In this document: positions 1-13,373 of the stretch, in pieces | Numbering within the stretch: position 1 is the first letter of the stretch | How the letters are laid out: each line of letters starts with the position of its first letter | Origin: Entomortierella parvispora E1425 | Taxonomy: Eukaryota > Fungi > Mortierellomycota | Assembly: GCA_020891255.1 (NCBI GenBank) | Contig: BQFW01000011.1 | Span: forward strand, 2,036,618 to 2,100,617 | Direction of reading: 5' to 3' | Length of the DNA: 64,000 nt | Notes under the pieces: model-generated | What the model was told of the DNA's origin: nothing | The model's database searches: none | What the model saw: only the letters and a program-made list of their open reading frames with translations | Position numbers and translations under genes: made by a program

Positions 1-1448
1 GTCCAGAATAATCATGACCTCGCTGTTCTTGGAGCACTAACCAACGCTCGTACCGGCGTCGGAGAAGAGCTGGCTGGAACTGCTCCCATGAGCTGTTTTC
101 ATCTCCCCACTTGATGTCAAGAGAGAGAGGGACGTTTCCAGAGGTTGGCGTAGATTCGCGACGCGCCTGATCGCCTGTCCAAGCGTGGTTGACGCCACCA
201 AATTGTTCTGTGCTGCGTAGATCCTGGATTGACATCCACTCTTGTCCGAGTGGACATCGAGAGGGATCCCTAGATTCTGAAATCTGGTCCTGCTTTGTAG
301 AATGGACGTCCACTGCCATGAGCCTGGCCTCAAGATTCATAGCCATGTTCTTTGTAGAAATACTCTTGGTTCTCTCGTTCTCAATCAAGTCCGAGAGGTA
401 GGACTGTTCTGACGACTCTGAGATATCTCGAAAGTTACCCGGAACTCCACAATAGCCCTCCAGGTAGGCGCTAAAGGACTCGCGAGCTGCCATTTCGCGC
501 CTTGTCCGTGATATCAGTTGATGGAGCCTTTGTCCCAAGATCATGACTTGCTTGTCGGCTTCCTGCACCTGATGTGTCGCCACAAGGAGTCGTCGAAGTA
601 GTTCTGATGTCTGTAGATGAGGGGATTCTGATAGCCCCAACATTTCTTCGAGCAAGAGCGTGTTTTCCAATGTAATCCTTGCATTCATGAAGCGCCTTTG
701 CCGCGGGAGGAGGGGGTCGATATTTCCTCGTACCCTAAAGTCGAAATCGTGGTGATGGGTCACAAAGGGAAGCGATGCCATCACGCAAATCATTCTGCTA
801 GTTCCCGTGTATTCAGGAAGCAATGCCATACATGATGGGAGAGGAGTCGGAAATGGAGTCGGCATGATGTGTGTAGGGAGAGAGTGGAAGCGGTCCTGGA
901 CATGAGAAAGTATGTTGATCGTCGCGAGAGTTTGCACCGCTGTAGAAACAAAACAGAGTGGGTAGATGCGTCCCTGATACTCAACGCCCAATCTCTCCGC
1001 TGACTCTGAGAGAGAAAGAGAGAGCCAACGCGCTAGAACTTCACGAGGCAAGTCCACTGTTTCCACAATCGACTCTCCATGGTATTCCATCTCCCAGCAT
1101 GTTCGTGAGGGGTGGTGGTTGTCGCCAGATCCTTCCCGGAGAAGATCTAAAGCAAGCAGGCGTTCCTGTTAGTTCGAGAACAAGGATGACTGCAGGAGGC
1201 ACGAGCGATAGAGTTTTACCAGGAAAAAGCTCTTCCAGCTCGCAGTCTGCAACGATAATTTCTAAAGAACAGGGGACCATAAGTATGAAGTATGGAGTGG
1301 CGCACTTTGTAGACGATGTCCAAGCGAGGTCCCTTCTCACCATCCATAGCGTGCTTCGAGCAAGTAGAGGTAGAGGGTAGTGGCTGTGAAGAGTGGTTGT
1401 CCTGGTTGAAGGAGAAGGGTGTTTGTCCAGGGTTTCGTGCTGCTTCAT
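1..1448 (-). CDS. Hypothetical protein, 5' part; the CDS runs off the left edge of the window
   Basis: ATG at 1448 (MKQHETLDK...EELFP), intron 1219-1147 (GTAAAA...CTAAC...TTAG, 73 nt), then a stop-free frame from 1146 to base 1 (DLLREGSGD...PLLPRQRRFMNARITLENTLLLEEML...QEQRGHDYSG). The ORF track omits it because there is no stop in the window. No family recognised; start uncertain. Confidence 0.6.
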
Positions 1449-1522
1449 TTTGCCACGTGACACCCTCTTGATGCGTTGATTCGCGAGCTGCATTTCGGGT
1501 TTGTTCCATCACTGCTTCATCA

Positions 1523-2206
1523 ATGTCATTCTGGCGCAACAAGGACTACAGTTCATACCCTCAACCCGTTGTCGTCAACCCAGACAGGCGCGAAGGAGAC
1601 GATTCCACTACTCATGATGTGACAGGACAAGTTTTTTCCTCACCGAACGTAGGTTCTCGTTCAGTAGGTGAAACAGCACCTTCAACTTCACTCAACTCAG
1701 GTCCAGCGACAGAGGTCAACACAGCCAAAAACAGTGGAGATATGCCCCAAGAACGGCAGGATGTACAGCAGGCAGACAACCAAAGCACACATACCCACAC
1801 CCATGACTCAAATAGGATACCACAACAACAAGATACCACGAGACTTGCGGACGGTATCATGTCGCTTCTAGGACCAGTTGTGCAGGAAATGGATTTCAAC
1901 ATTGTGAGTGTCCGCAAAAGTCAAACAGAGCTCGAAAAGGAGATTGAGCGACTCATGGCCGGTATGTATCAAAGAGGACTGTAAGCAAATGCGTTTTTTT
2001 TTCTGCTGTGGATGGCCCACTGATGAATGTATTTTATTCTAATAGAACTACAGCTTTTTATGGCATCTTCTGCCTGTCCGCCCGAGGTAGAACCTGCGGT
2101 TCAAAAACTGGTCAAGGCAAGGAGGCAAATCATGTCTGCCAATTCGACTCTAAAATCAGTGCAGGATCGTGTAGACAGGATGCAGACACGTTTAGAAAAG
2201 AAATAA
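1523..2206 (+). CDS. SNAPIN: SNAPIN (BLOC-1 subunit)-like coiled-coil protein
   Basis: LADGIMSLLGPVVQEMDFNIVSVRKSQTELEKEIERLMA, intron (GTATGT ~1962 to AATAG ~2045), then ELQLFM...VQKLVKARRQIMSANSTLKSVQDRVDRMQTRLEKK with TAA at 2204-2206. The start could instead be ATG 1742. Confidence 0.8.
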
Positions 2207-2245
2207 AAACAAGTTGCAGGAACTCGAATTTTATTCAGTGATCAA

Positions 2246-2495
2246 CTAATTTGAGCTCTTTTCGCTCTGGTTGGGGTGGGGGGAGGCGTCCTTCCATTCT
2301 GCATTCTTGGCAGCCTCCTTCATTTTTTCCATGAACTCGTCCTTCAGGCAATATTGCGTGTTGATCCGAGAGAGAATTGCATTCTCATGGGTGCCAAGGA
2401 CGGAGGTTTTGGACTATTATCATCAACAAATTGTCAGAAGAGAGGAGGACAGGAATGATTTGTGTAGATGACCTCCCATGATGCAGCGCTCCACA

Positions 2496-2534
<39 letters not shown>

Positions 2535-3251
2535 AAATACCTCGTCCTTGTAGATGGTGAGTTTTACAGGGTGAAGTCCACAGGTCAATGTCTCCAGCCG
2601 AGGCGAAAGGACGTAGAATCGACGGTTTGACCTGAACATAACGCGAGGAATAAAAGTCTTGTTAGGACTGAGACTGCACATATATCAATCGAGTGGTCAT
2701 CAAGAAGTGAGTGTTACCATGGAGACTCCCCGTCTTGAGCTTGGAGTTCTATGGCCGCTACTTTGAGCGGTTTCGCGAAGTCCGCAGGGTTGTGTAGTTC
2801 AGCTTCAATTACGGCATTCTTAGGAATATCCCTCCGCGCCTCTACCAGCCACGAATAGCTACAGAAGAGAGCAAAAAGGGAGTAAGTTGACTTCAGTCCA
2901 AGATAGTAGAAGATCAGAACTGTGCACCACCGTGGCGGCCTTACTGCGCGTAGAGTGTCTAGAGGGTAAGATGCGGAGGCAGCAGAAGCGTATCAATACA
3001 AAGACACCATACGCAAGAAGCTGAGGGTTCTTATATGCATACCTGATATTTCGTGTTTACGGCAAAGCTTGCTGCAATATCCTCCTGTAAAATGGCAACA
3101 ACAATGATAACAACAACGGACGGGTCAGGAAAAAACAAAAACAAGCGTCAACAGTGAAAGTCGTGTCAGTAAAGCTTACAAAGTACTTTGTCTTCTTGAA
3201 TTGCGGCTCCTTTGGCTGATTAGTGCTATTACAACCACAGGAAAAGGACAT
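2246..3251 (-). CDS. Uncharacterised ~175-aa protein, 6 exons
   Basis: Five canonical GT-AG introns splice into one frame: MSFSCGCNSTNQPKEPQFKKTKYF|EDIAASFAVNTKYQ|TLYAH|YSWLVEARRDIPKNAVIEAELHNPADFAKPLKV...ESPW|SNRRFYVLSPRLETLTCGLHPVKLTIYKDE|SKTSVLGTHENAILSRINTQYCLKDEF...SSN*. Confidence 0.85.
2498..2530. repeat. (CA)n microsatellite in an intron
   Basis: About 16 CA units read directly. Confidence 0.95.
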
Positions 3252-3490
3252 TATGAGTAATCTGTGAAGTGATTATGAGAGGAAATGCCATGAACCACCC
3301 ATGCATGTGGGCATGACTGAAAAATCCATGTTGATGGACGGCGTACGTGATTTGCGGGCCTCTCAGGATGCCCTGCCTGCGGGGCAAATTCACGTACATG
3401 ATGCCAACTGCAGGGACACGATCCCATGCTGCTCATTGCATGGGAACTGGATCTCTGTTCTTGACACACAACCACGCCGATTGAAATCGA

Positions 3491-6297
3491 ATGGACGCTG
3501 CACAGGACATCGCTGCCGTAAGCCCTGCCGCCAAGTCTGGTGCGTACTTGATCATGGACAAACACCTGTTCAAAAATGCCCCCTTCACTCACATGCACTT
3601 CTGTTTCCTAGGTGCTACTGAACGCGACAACGAGAGCAATGACAAAGGCAATGCCTCCATTTGCGATGCACCAGCACTCACAACCACAGACCCGAGTTTG
3701 AAAGAGTCATGGAATAAGAACTGGGCCACTGTAAAGTCTACTCCCACAGATTTCGACTCTTGGGAAGAGCTTTTACGTATGATTGACGGCCAGGATGGAG
3801 GCTATGGACCCGAGGCCCCAGCATCGAATGTTGTCACGATGAGAACGGTGTATGACGCGTTTCTCGGACAATTTCCCCTCTGTTTTGGATATTGGAAAAA
3901 GTACTCGGATCTCGAGTTTATGTCCAGCGGCGCACAGGGCGCAGTTGAGGTAAGTCTTGACACTGGTGCCTTACATCCCTTTGATCAATCGAACGTATAT
4001 TGATTCGACCCAATGGCTCAATAGATCTTTGAAAGAGGAGTGAAAAGCATATCGTCATCTGTTGACCTCTGGGTTCACTATTGCTCCTTTATTATGGAGC
4101 ACAAGCGGGATGACCACGGAGCGATTGAACAGTGAGTGTTGGTTTATTTTGCATTTCTCCTCTTTATCTCGCGGAAAACTGGACTTTTCCTCATACTCCC
4201 ATCAGTCTGCATTCTTGATGCTCGAGAAACAATGGATCTCTATCATTGAGGCAACCTCTGCAGCTACGTCTGGTACCACAACCGCCCAAAATCAGAAAGA
4301 ACGGCCGCGAACTACAGGACTCTTAGGAGGCAAAAAAGGGCTCATCAGGCGAAAGTGGATAAACTTCTGCATTCTCAGTGACTTCAGGGCGCCTTCGTAA
4401 ACTTTGCTTTCCAGCCACGTCTTTCTGAAAAAAGTTGTCGACCTGCTTAACTAACCTCTTCAGCTATCTTATTCTAGGATTCTTGAACGAGGAGCAGCGA
4501 CTGTGGGAATGGATTTTATGCCACACGTCTTTTGGGACAAATACCTGGAATATTATGAGCAGAAAGGGGATCATGTCCGATTATTCACGGTTATGGGCCG
4601 TATTATCACTATCCCCATGCACCAATACGCTCGGTTTTATCAACAGTAAGCGCCCTTCTTCAAAGTATGGTCATCTCCACGTCCAAGCTAACATATACTC
4701 CGTTTTTTTTGTGACTAGATACACTCATCTCTTGGGTTCTCGACCCCTGAAAGACCTCCTTTCTACCGAGGATTATTCAAAGCACGAGGAGCAGTTGAAA
4801 GAGAGGAGTGCAGACGGACAGGAACATCCTCAAATGTCCAAAGAACAGCTTGAGCAGGAGATGAGGCAATTACTCTTAAATTCCAGCGCCTTGATCTATG
4901 CAAAAACAGCGGAAGAGACGAACAAGAGGTGGCCATTCGAGGCTGAAATCAAACGACCCTACTTTCACGTCAAACCAATTGATCCAGCACAGCTGCTGAA
5001 CTGGCGTCGTTATCTGGATTTCGAGGAGACAGAAGGAAATGTTGAAAGGATCCGTCTGCTCTACGAACGATGCCTTGTTTCATGTGTATGTCCCTATCTC
5101 TGATCAGTGATTTGATTCGCCTTTTGCATCTTCACATTAACATTCGGTCTGAATTTCCGGTTAGGCACTATACGAGGAGTTTTGGTTGAGATACGCAGCT
5201 TGGACTCGCTCACAAGGAAGACTCGAGGATTTAAACGGCATTTACATCCGCGCCACTCTAATGGTACCCCCTACAAATCCTTCCGTTCGATTTGCACTGG
5301 CCATGTTGCAAGAAGAGCGGGGAGAGACCGACCTTGCTCGCCAGCAGTACCAGGCAATTCTTCAAAGCTGTAAGTTCTGAACCGGCTATAATCTAGCGCA
5401 TGTTTGTATGAATGCATGCTAACAAGGTTGTCCCTCCCTTTCCTACAGTGCCCGGGCATATCGAGGCTATCGTTCGGTTCGCCAACTTTGAGAGACGCTC
5501 TAATCCACAGGGTGTTGCTGCTGCCGAAGTCGTGTACGCATCCCAAATCGGATTGGATACTATTGATGAGCTGGCACAAACCACCATTGTAACAATGTAC
5601 GCCAAATTCCTTTGGCAATGCAAGAAGGATGTGGATGCCGCCCGTGCCATCTTCAAGACTGGCGAAGGAAAGTTCCATAGCCGTTTCTATTTCTCAAATT
5701 ATCTCAAGTTTGAAATGGATCAGCCAGGTAAGAGTTACACAATAGACTGCTTAGTCGATACTGCAATGTCACTCACTTCTGGCCCATGGTTGTTTTTAGG
5801 GGAGGATTACGAGGCGCGGGTATGCGACGTATTTGAGCAGATTCGACTGTCAGGACTGCCTGAGAATATCAAGAACGATTACAACCAAAACTATCTTGAT
5901 TTTCTTATGGAGTTTGGATCATCGGCTGCAAAGTACAACGAGTTGGAGGCACAGTTACGACCAGTACCAGTCGTTGTGGGAGAGTCGTCCCGAAAGAGAG
6001 CGGCGGCTGTCGAGCCTAATGAATACCCAGAGAAGATCCACCGACCAGAGGAAGCAGTTGCTGGATTAGAAGTGCCTACAGGAGCGTCAGCGGTAGCAAT
6101 TACGCCTGATTCTCAGCACTGGCCATATTCGCAGCATTCACAGACATCCTACGGATATGCCCCCTCGGTAAGAACACGGACACAGGCTGTATGGGGGACT
6201 CGATGCTGAACGTACGCGCGTCACTGACCATTGTCCTTGTTCTCGTCCACAGGGTGGTCATCCGTACGCTGCGCCCAATGGTACCCAGTGGAGCTGA
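3491..6297 (+). CDS. PRP39: U1 snRNP HAT-repeat protein Prp39
   Basis: Motifs DFDSWEELL, YDAFLGQFPLCFGYWKKY, IFERGV...SVDLWVHY, VGMDFMPHVFWDKY, FEAEIKRPYFHVKP, NWRRYLDFEE, LYERCLV. Multi-exon; last exon 6253-6297 (GGHPYAAPNGTQWS*). Confidence 0.93.
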
Positions 6298-7111
6298 GCG
6301 TGGAGTCAAGGAGACACGGAGAGGAGACGGAAAGAAAATGAAATCTTGCGCGCGGCGGTTGAGGTAGGCGCACATGGACCATAAAACCAGAATTGATGGG
6401 ACCGACGCTTCCATGGGCCAACTGCGGTCCTGGCGCCCTCCCTTCCCCGGGAGGCGGGGCTGTCGATCGTTTCGTCGGCGGAGGTGGAGCGCAAAAGAGC
6501 GACGGGCTGAAATAAAGAGGGTTTTTTTCCTTTTTTCCTTCTTTTCCCTGTTCCTTTTCTGTCTTATCACACGGGACGCGTTGTGGCGTCTTGGGATGTC
6601 ACCTTCCTTTCTTTCTCTCTCATTCTCATTCGTCATCCCTCTCCTCTCTTTCTCTGTGTCCCTCTGCTTTCCTTTCCTTTCCTTTCCTTTGCGTCCATTC
6701 AATCATCCATCTCTTTCGACTCTTCTCGCCTTGCCACGCACTCATCCATCGCTCATTCCCGGGAACAGGCTCCTTGCTTGCCCCACTCCCGCTGTTTCCA
6801 CTATCCCTTATTGACGCTAGTTCGCACTTTTATCCCGTGTTCACCAGCGCTGTTCTATTCATATTGGTTTTGGCAGTAGTCGCACTACCCTTCCCTTGAG
6901 CCTTCCTTCCTTCCTTCCGTCCTTCCTTCTTTCATATCGCCGCCCCTTCCACCCCTCCACCCCGGTTCACTCACTCCAGCGTCGGCCAACTCGTGCTTCC
7001 CGCCTCCGCCCCTCGCCCTCGCCTGTTCCTTCTCGCGCGGGTGCGCGCCATTTGTCGGTTCTTTCATCTCTTCCTTCCTTCTTTCCTTCTTCCACCTCTC
7101 ATTCCACGCCA

Positions 7112-7150
<39 letters not shown>

Positions 7151-7213
7151 CGCCCTTTCTGCCCGTCTCTCTTACTTTTCTGTACCCGAAAGTTTTGCTC
7201 CCTTCCATCAATC

Positions 7214-9757
<2,544 letters not shown>

Positions 9758-9822
9758 AGTCTGAGACGTATTTTTTTTCTTTCTATTTTTTCCCCTTGGT
9801 TTATTCGAAATAAATAAGCGAA

Positions 9823-11100
9823 TTATTGCAGGGTAGTTGGCTTCCAGTTCTCGTCGAGAGGGTCTTCGGGATTGACATCCAAAAAGCCGGCGTTGGACTT
9901 GTTGTGTCTTGATAGCATGTAGCTGTACTTCTCCCTATTTTCGCTCACGTAAACGGGTATATCATTGTTGTCCGGCACGTATACAAATTGATCGACAGGC
10001 CGTTCAAACAGATCGCGCCCTTCCTTGATGGCGTCAAGAATCCATTGACGGGTCTTGTATTTCTCATTGTTATGCTCCTGGTGAGAGTAGGCCTCCACTT
10101 TGGAAATGATCTGAGTGATATTGGAGAAGCACCAAGTGCAATGGAGACAAGAGTCGTCGACATAGGTGGCGTTCTCACTGATTCGAAGAGCCCGCAGGCT
10201 ATCTCCAGCTTCTCTCCAGTCCTTGGCCGAGACCTTGCGCATGGTGTCGACTTGAGGATGCTTAGATTGAGCGTCGTCGAGCCAGTAACTCGAGGGGTGG
10301 TACCGAATCGCCACGGGGCCTACCCAGAGTCCACCGGTGTGGCGGTATTCATACGAGTAGTAGTGGAATTGGCATCCAAACCGAAACAGATCTCCTCCGG
10401 AGCCAGGAGTCCCATCTCCAAAGAGCCGGCCCATCTCTGACTGTGGATTCTGGTCCTTCATCTCCTTCAGGATCGATCGCCTTGGCAGCTCATCCAGATC
10501 TGAAATCATGAGCCAGTCTCCTTCTTGCGGCCGGTGGATGTCAAGCATCATCCAAAATCCGAGATTCCTAGTCTCTGTTTCACGTCCCCAGGTCCATGTC
10601 TTAACCTCAAGCGCACTGGCAGGGACAACGACATGGAGAATCTGGCGCCGGAACTTTTCAAACTGAGGCTCCTTTAGACGGTAGTTGAGAGGTTTTTGTT
10701 GACCAGAGAACGTCATTTCCGACTCGATAATGACAAACCAGTCCACGAACGGAGATAGTTCATTTAGCCGGATCTCCAGCATGTTGAATTCGCTGTTGAA
10801 TAAAATCACATCATAGATCTGGGGCCCTTTTGGTCCAATGGTTGTAGATGTGGTATTGGCAACCAAAGCGTCATGGTGAGAGGTCAGATCTTTTAGGTTG
10901 AACACAATATCGTGGCGTTCCTGGACCAAAAGAAGGAGTGAGATGGCCATGAGGAGGCCCATTGCCAGTTTTGCTGTGAGTGAGAATGAGCCTCGAGCTC
11001 TGGAAGAGACAGGGGAGAGTCGTTGTCGCCAGGTAGAGGAAGCTGTGGAATGTCTCTCGACCGAGCTGTTCACTATCGTGGGCAGCAATGGAGCTGTCAT
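9823..11100 (-). CDS. Glycosyltransferase family 17 (MGAT3/GnT-III-like), type II membrane protein
   Basis: TM segment LAMGLLMAISLLLLV; GT17 motifs IYDVILFNSEFNMLEIRLNEL...VDWFVIIESEMTFSGQQKPL, WLMISDLDELP, HCTWCFSNI...KVEAYSHQE. Intronless. Confidence 0.88.
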   Translation of the reverse strand: MTAPLLPTIVNSSVERHSTASSTWRQRLSPVSSRARGSFSLTAKLAMGLLMAISLLLLVQERHDIVFNLKDLTSHHDALVANTTSTTIGPKGPQIYDVILFNSEFNMLEIRLNELSPFVDWFVIIESEMTFSGQQKPLNYRLKEPQFEKFRRQILHVVVPASALEVKTWTWGRETETRNLGFWMMLDIHRPQEGDWLMISDLDELPRRSILKEMKDQNPQSEMGRLFGDGTPGSGGDLFRFGCQFHYYSYEYRHTGGLWVGPVAIRYHPSSYWLDDAQSKHPQVDTMRKVSAKDWREAGDSLRALRISENATYVDDSCLHCTWCFSNITQIISKVEAYSHQEHNNEKYKTRQWILDAIKEGRDLFERPVDQFVYVPDNNDIPVYVSENREKYSYMLSRHNKSNAGFLDVNPEDPLDENWKPTTLQ

Positions 11101-12059
11101 TTTGGAAGTCAGGGATAAAGCCAGTGCGGTGTTGAAGAGAGAAAACAAGCAGTTGTTTGTGTTTGTAGTTTGGTTGTGACGGGAAATGGTGAGGAATTGA
11201 AGAAATGGAAGAGAAGAGACAAAAATAGGGAAGAGCGAGGACTTGAAGACGGCGTCGAGGGCAGGACGCTAAGCAACAGGGCAGTAAGTGTGTCGGCTGT
11301 TGCAATAATTACATTATTTTTGACCAACTTCTTAAACACGACGCAAGAACATCGGAACATTGTTGTACACGACAAAAGACCGAAGATCTTATCTCTATAG
11401 TTGGTGACCAAAGAGCCCTGGCCAGATCCAGACCCTGCGTTGACCTGTGCAAAATACGCCCTCGCCCCCTGTGTGGGCGATTTATGAAGTTCATCATTCA
11501 GTGTACAGTATAAATACAGTACTTCATTGCTTTGAAGTCTGAACCACTAATTCACACGCTCTCAGTAGCCTCAGTTTTGCTGAGGCCTGCCAGTGACCTA
11601 CAGCGCAGTAACTTGGGTTCCGATTGACAAAACTCTGCTCTTGTGCAAAATGTCTTTTTTTTTTTTTTTTTTTGCTAAGTTTACAAACGAATTCAGCCAC
11701 ATCTGGATTTTCACCTTCGATCCAGTGCGAAAACCAGGATCTGTTCTACTGCCAACGGTGGCAACAATGGGGCTTGGACAGGACGAGGTGTTTCCGTGGA
11801 CACGTTGCAGGTTACACGATCCGATACACTTCCAAGAAAACAAAACAAAAACAAAGGAAATCATACCTCCAGCAGGTCTTGATCTGTCAACAGTTACAGC
11901 TGCTGCTAGTGAGCTGCAAGTGGGTTTCAATTGATTTGCCCTTGCTGACCCCTCTGATTCACTGTAGCGCAGTTGTAGTTTTTCTTTTTTTTTTTTTTTA
12001 AATTTTATTGATTTTCATTTATGTACTTTCTCCTTTCACAGAGATCACAAAACACCTAC

Positions 12060-12400
12060 CGTTCCTGGGGAAGAATGGACGAAAAAGGGAAGAGAAGCGA
12101 AACCAAGGGCGATGGGGCACAAATCTAAAGCGAGAAGAGACGGTCAGAACTCTGCTGTTTTTATACATGGCGTCATATGCAAGACAGGTGTCATGTGTGG
12201 AAAAATAGTCAGATAGGAGCGAAAGATGTGCTGTGTTGTTCCCCATTTAGACCAGGCGCCAACCCGGTTCATTGTCGGGTGAACTATGTAATCATCAGAT
12301 GCAATTGGTCCACAAGTGGCAAAAGAGAAAGATGTGGGGGCAAGAGAAGGTTACTTACCAAGTGAATAGGAACAAAGATATTTGGCCGAGGACAGTTAGG
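12060..12400 (-). ncRNA. Non-coding spliced snoRNA host transcript, divergent from RLP24
   Basis: Intron 12358-12125 (GTAAGT...CTGAC...TTTAG) encloses the snoRNA. Flanking exons are short with no convincing ORF. Further downstream introns are possible but unconfirmed. Confidence 0.65.
12205..12300 (-). ncRNA. snR60: Box C/D snoRNA, snR60/SNORD80(U80)-type, predicted to guide LSU rRNA Am817 and Gm908 (yeast numbering)
   Basis: C box TGATGA (12297-12292). Guide CATAGTTCAC + D' CCGA pairs with LSU GUGAACUAUG. Guide CTTTCGCTCCTAT + D box CTGA (12212-12209) pairs with LSU AUAGGGGCGAAAG (one G-U). The fifth-nucleotide rule falls on A817 and G908, using the yeast 25S sequence from memory. Confidence 0.9.
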
Positions 12401-12439
12401 AATGGGTGTTGGGATAAAGAGAAAAGGAAGAAGAAAACA

Positions 12440-12488
12440 TGAAAAACTTTTTCGCGATTTTATCGTGGGAACGCGAAGATCACGTGAT
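12440..12488. promoter_or_regulatory. Bidirectional ribosome-biogenesis-type promoter: RRPE-like TGAAAAACTTTTT and palindromic ATCACGTGAT
   Basis: Motifs at 12440-12452 and 12479-12488, between the snoRNA host and RLP24. Resemblance to yeast RRPE (TGAAAAWTTTT) is by eye only. Confidence 0.4.
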
Positions 12489-12598
12489 AGAGTGACTGCT
12501 GAAAGGTTGTTTACTTCTTTTTTTTTCTTTTTTTTTGTGCCTGTTGCCACCATCAACTTTCATCCATCCATCCATACTCCATACGAAGCACTTCGACA

Positions 12599-13373
12599 AT
12601 GAGATTAGAAAAGTGCTACTTCTGTTCATCCACCTGCTATCCAGGACACGGCACTCTCTTCGTCAGAAACGATTCCAAGGTTCGTAGCAGCCTCCATATC
12701 TTTGCACTTTTGTTCTCATTCCTCGGAAGTTTCTGCATCCCATCTGCGGCTTGAGCAAGGAAAAGAGGAATAGAGGAGCAGAGAACAGCAAAACCTCATG
12801 AAGAGAGGGAGAAGCAAACCCAGTAAACATTAATAACCAATATCTACTTTGTGGCTCTTTGATAGACGTTTAGATTCTGCCGGTCAAAATGTCACAAGAA
12901 CTTCAAGATGAAGCGTAACCCTCGTAAGGTCCGCTGGACGAAGGCCTTCCGCAAGGCAGCTGGCAAGGAGATGACTATTGTACGTACACAACTCATGGAA
13001 CGATGACAGGACGGTGCCTATGAATGGACGAACAGAAACAGGACTAACGACTTCTTTTTTTATTTTTTGCGGGAACATCTATTAGGACTCTACTTTCCAG
13101 TTCGAGAAGCGTCGCAACATTCCAGTCCGTTACGATCGGGACCTGATGGCGACCACCATCAGAGCATTGAAGCGTTCGCAGGAGATCAAGGCCAAGCGCG
13201 AGCGTGTGTTTTACAAGAACAGGATGTCGGGCAACAAGCTGCGACAAAAGACCGAGAACCAGGCCCTGGTTCAAAAGCACATCCACTTGGTCGATACGCC
13301 AGCAATCAAGAACCTGGCCCAGGTCCAAAAGGTGGCGCAGAAAAACAAGCTCATGGACGTCGATATGTCTTAG
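12599..13373 (+). CDS. RLP24: Ribosome biogenesis protein Rlp24 (L24e family)
   Basis: [27 protein letters not shown]|[38 protein letters not shown]|[30 protein letters not shown]...; two introns. Confidence 0.95.

Noticed and set aside
6896-7213. 106-aa N-terminal extension of the SAP protein given by the ORF track
   Set aside because: Non-ATG start; pyrimidine-rich with (TCTG)n, typical of a 5' UTR.
11509-11980. Firm identification as U3, telomerase RNA, SRP, RNase P/MRP or a TPP riboswitch
   Set aside because: Only isolated short motifs match (U3 box A-like, ATGGGGCTT). No telomere template, SRP helix 8, P4 partner or TPP core was found.
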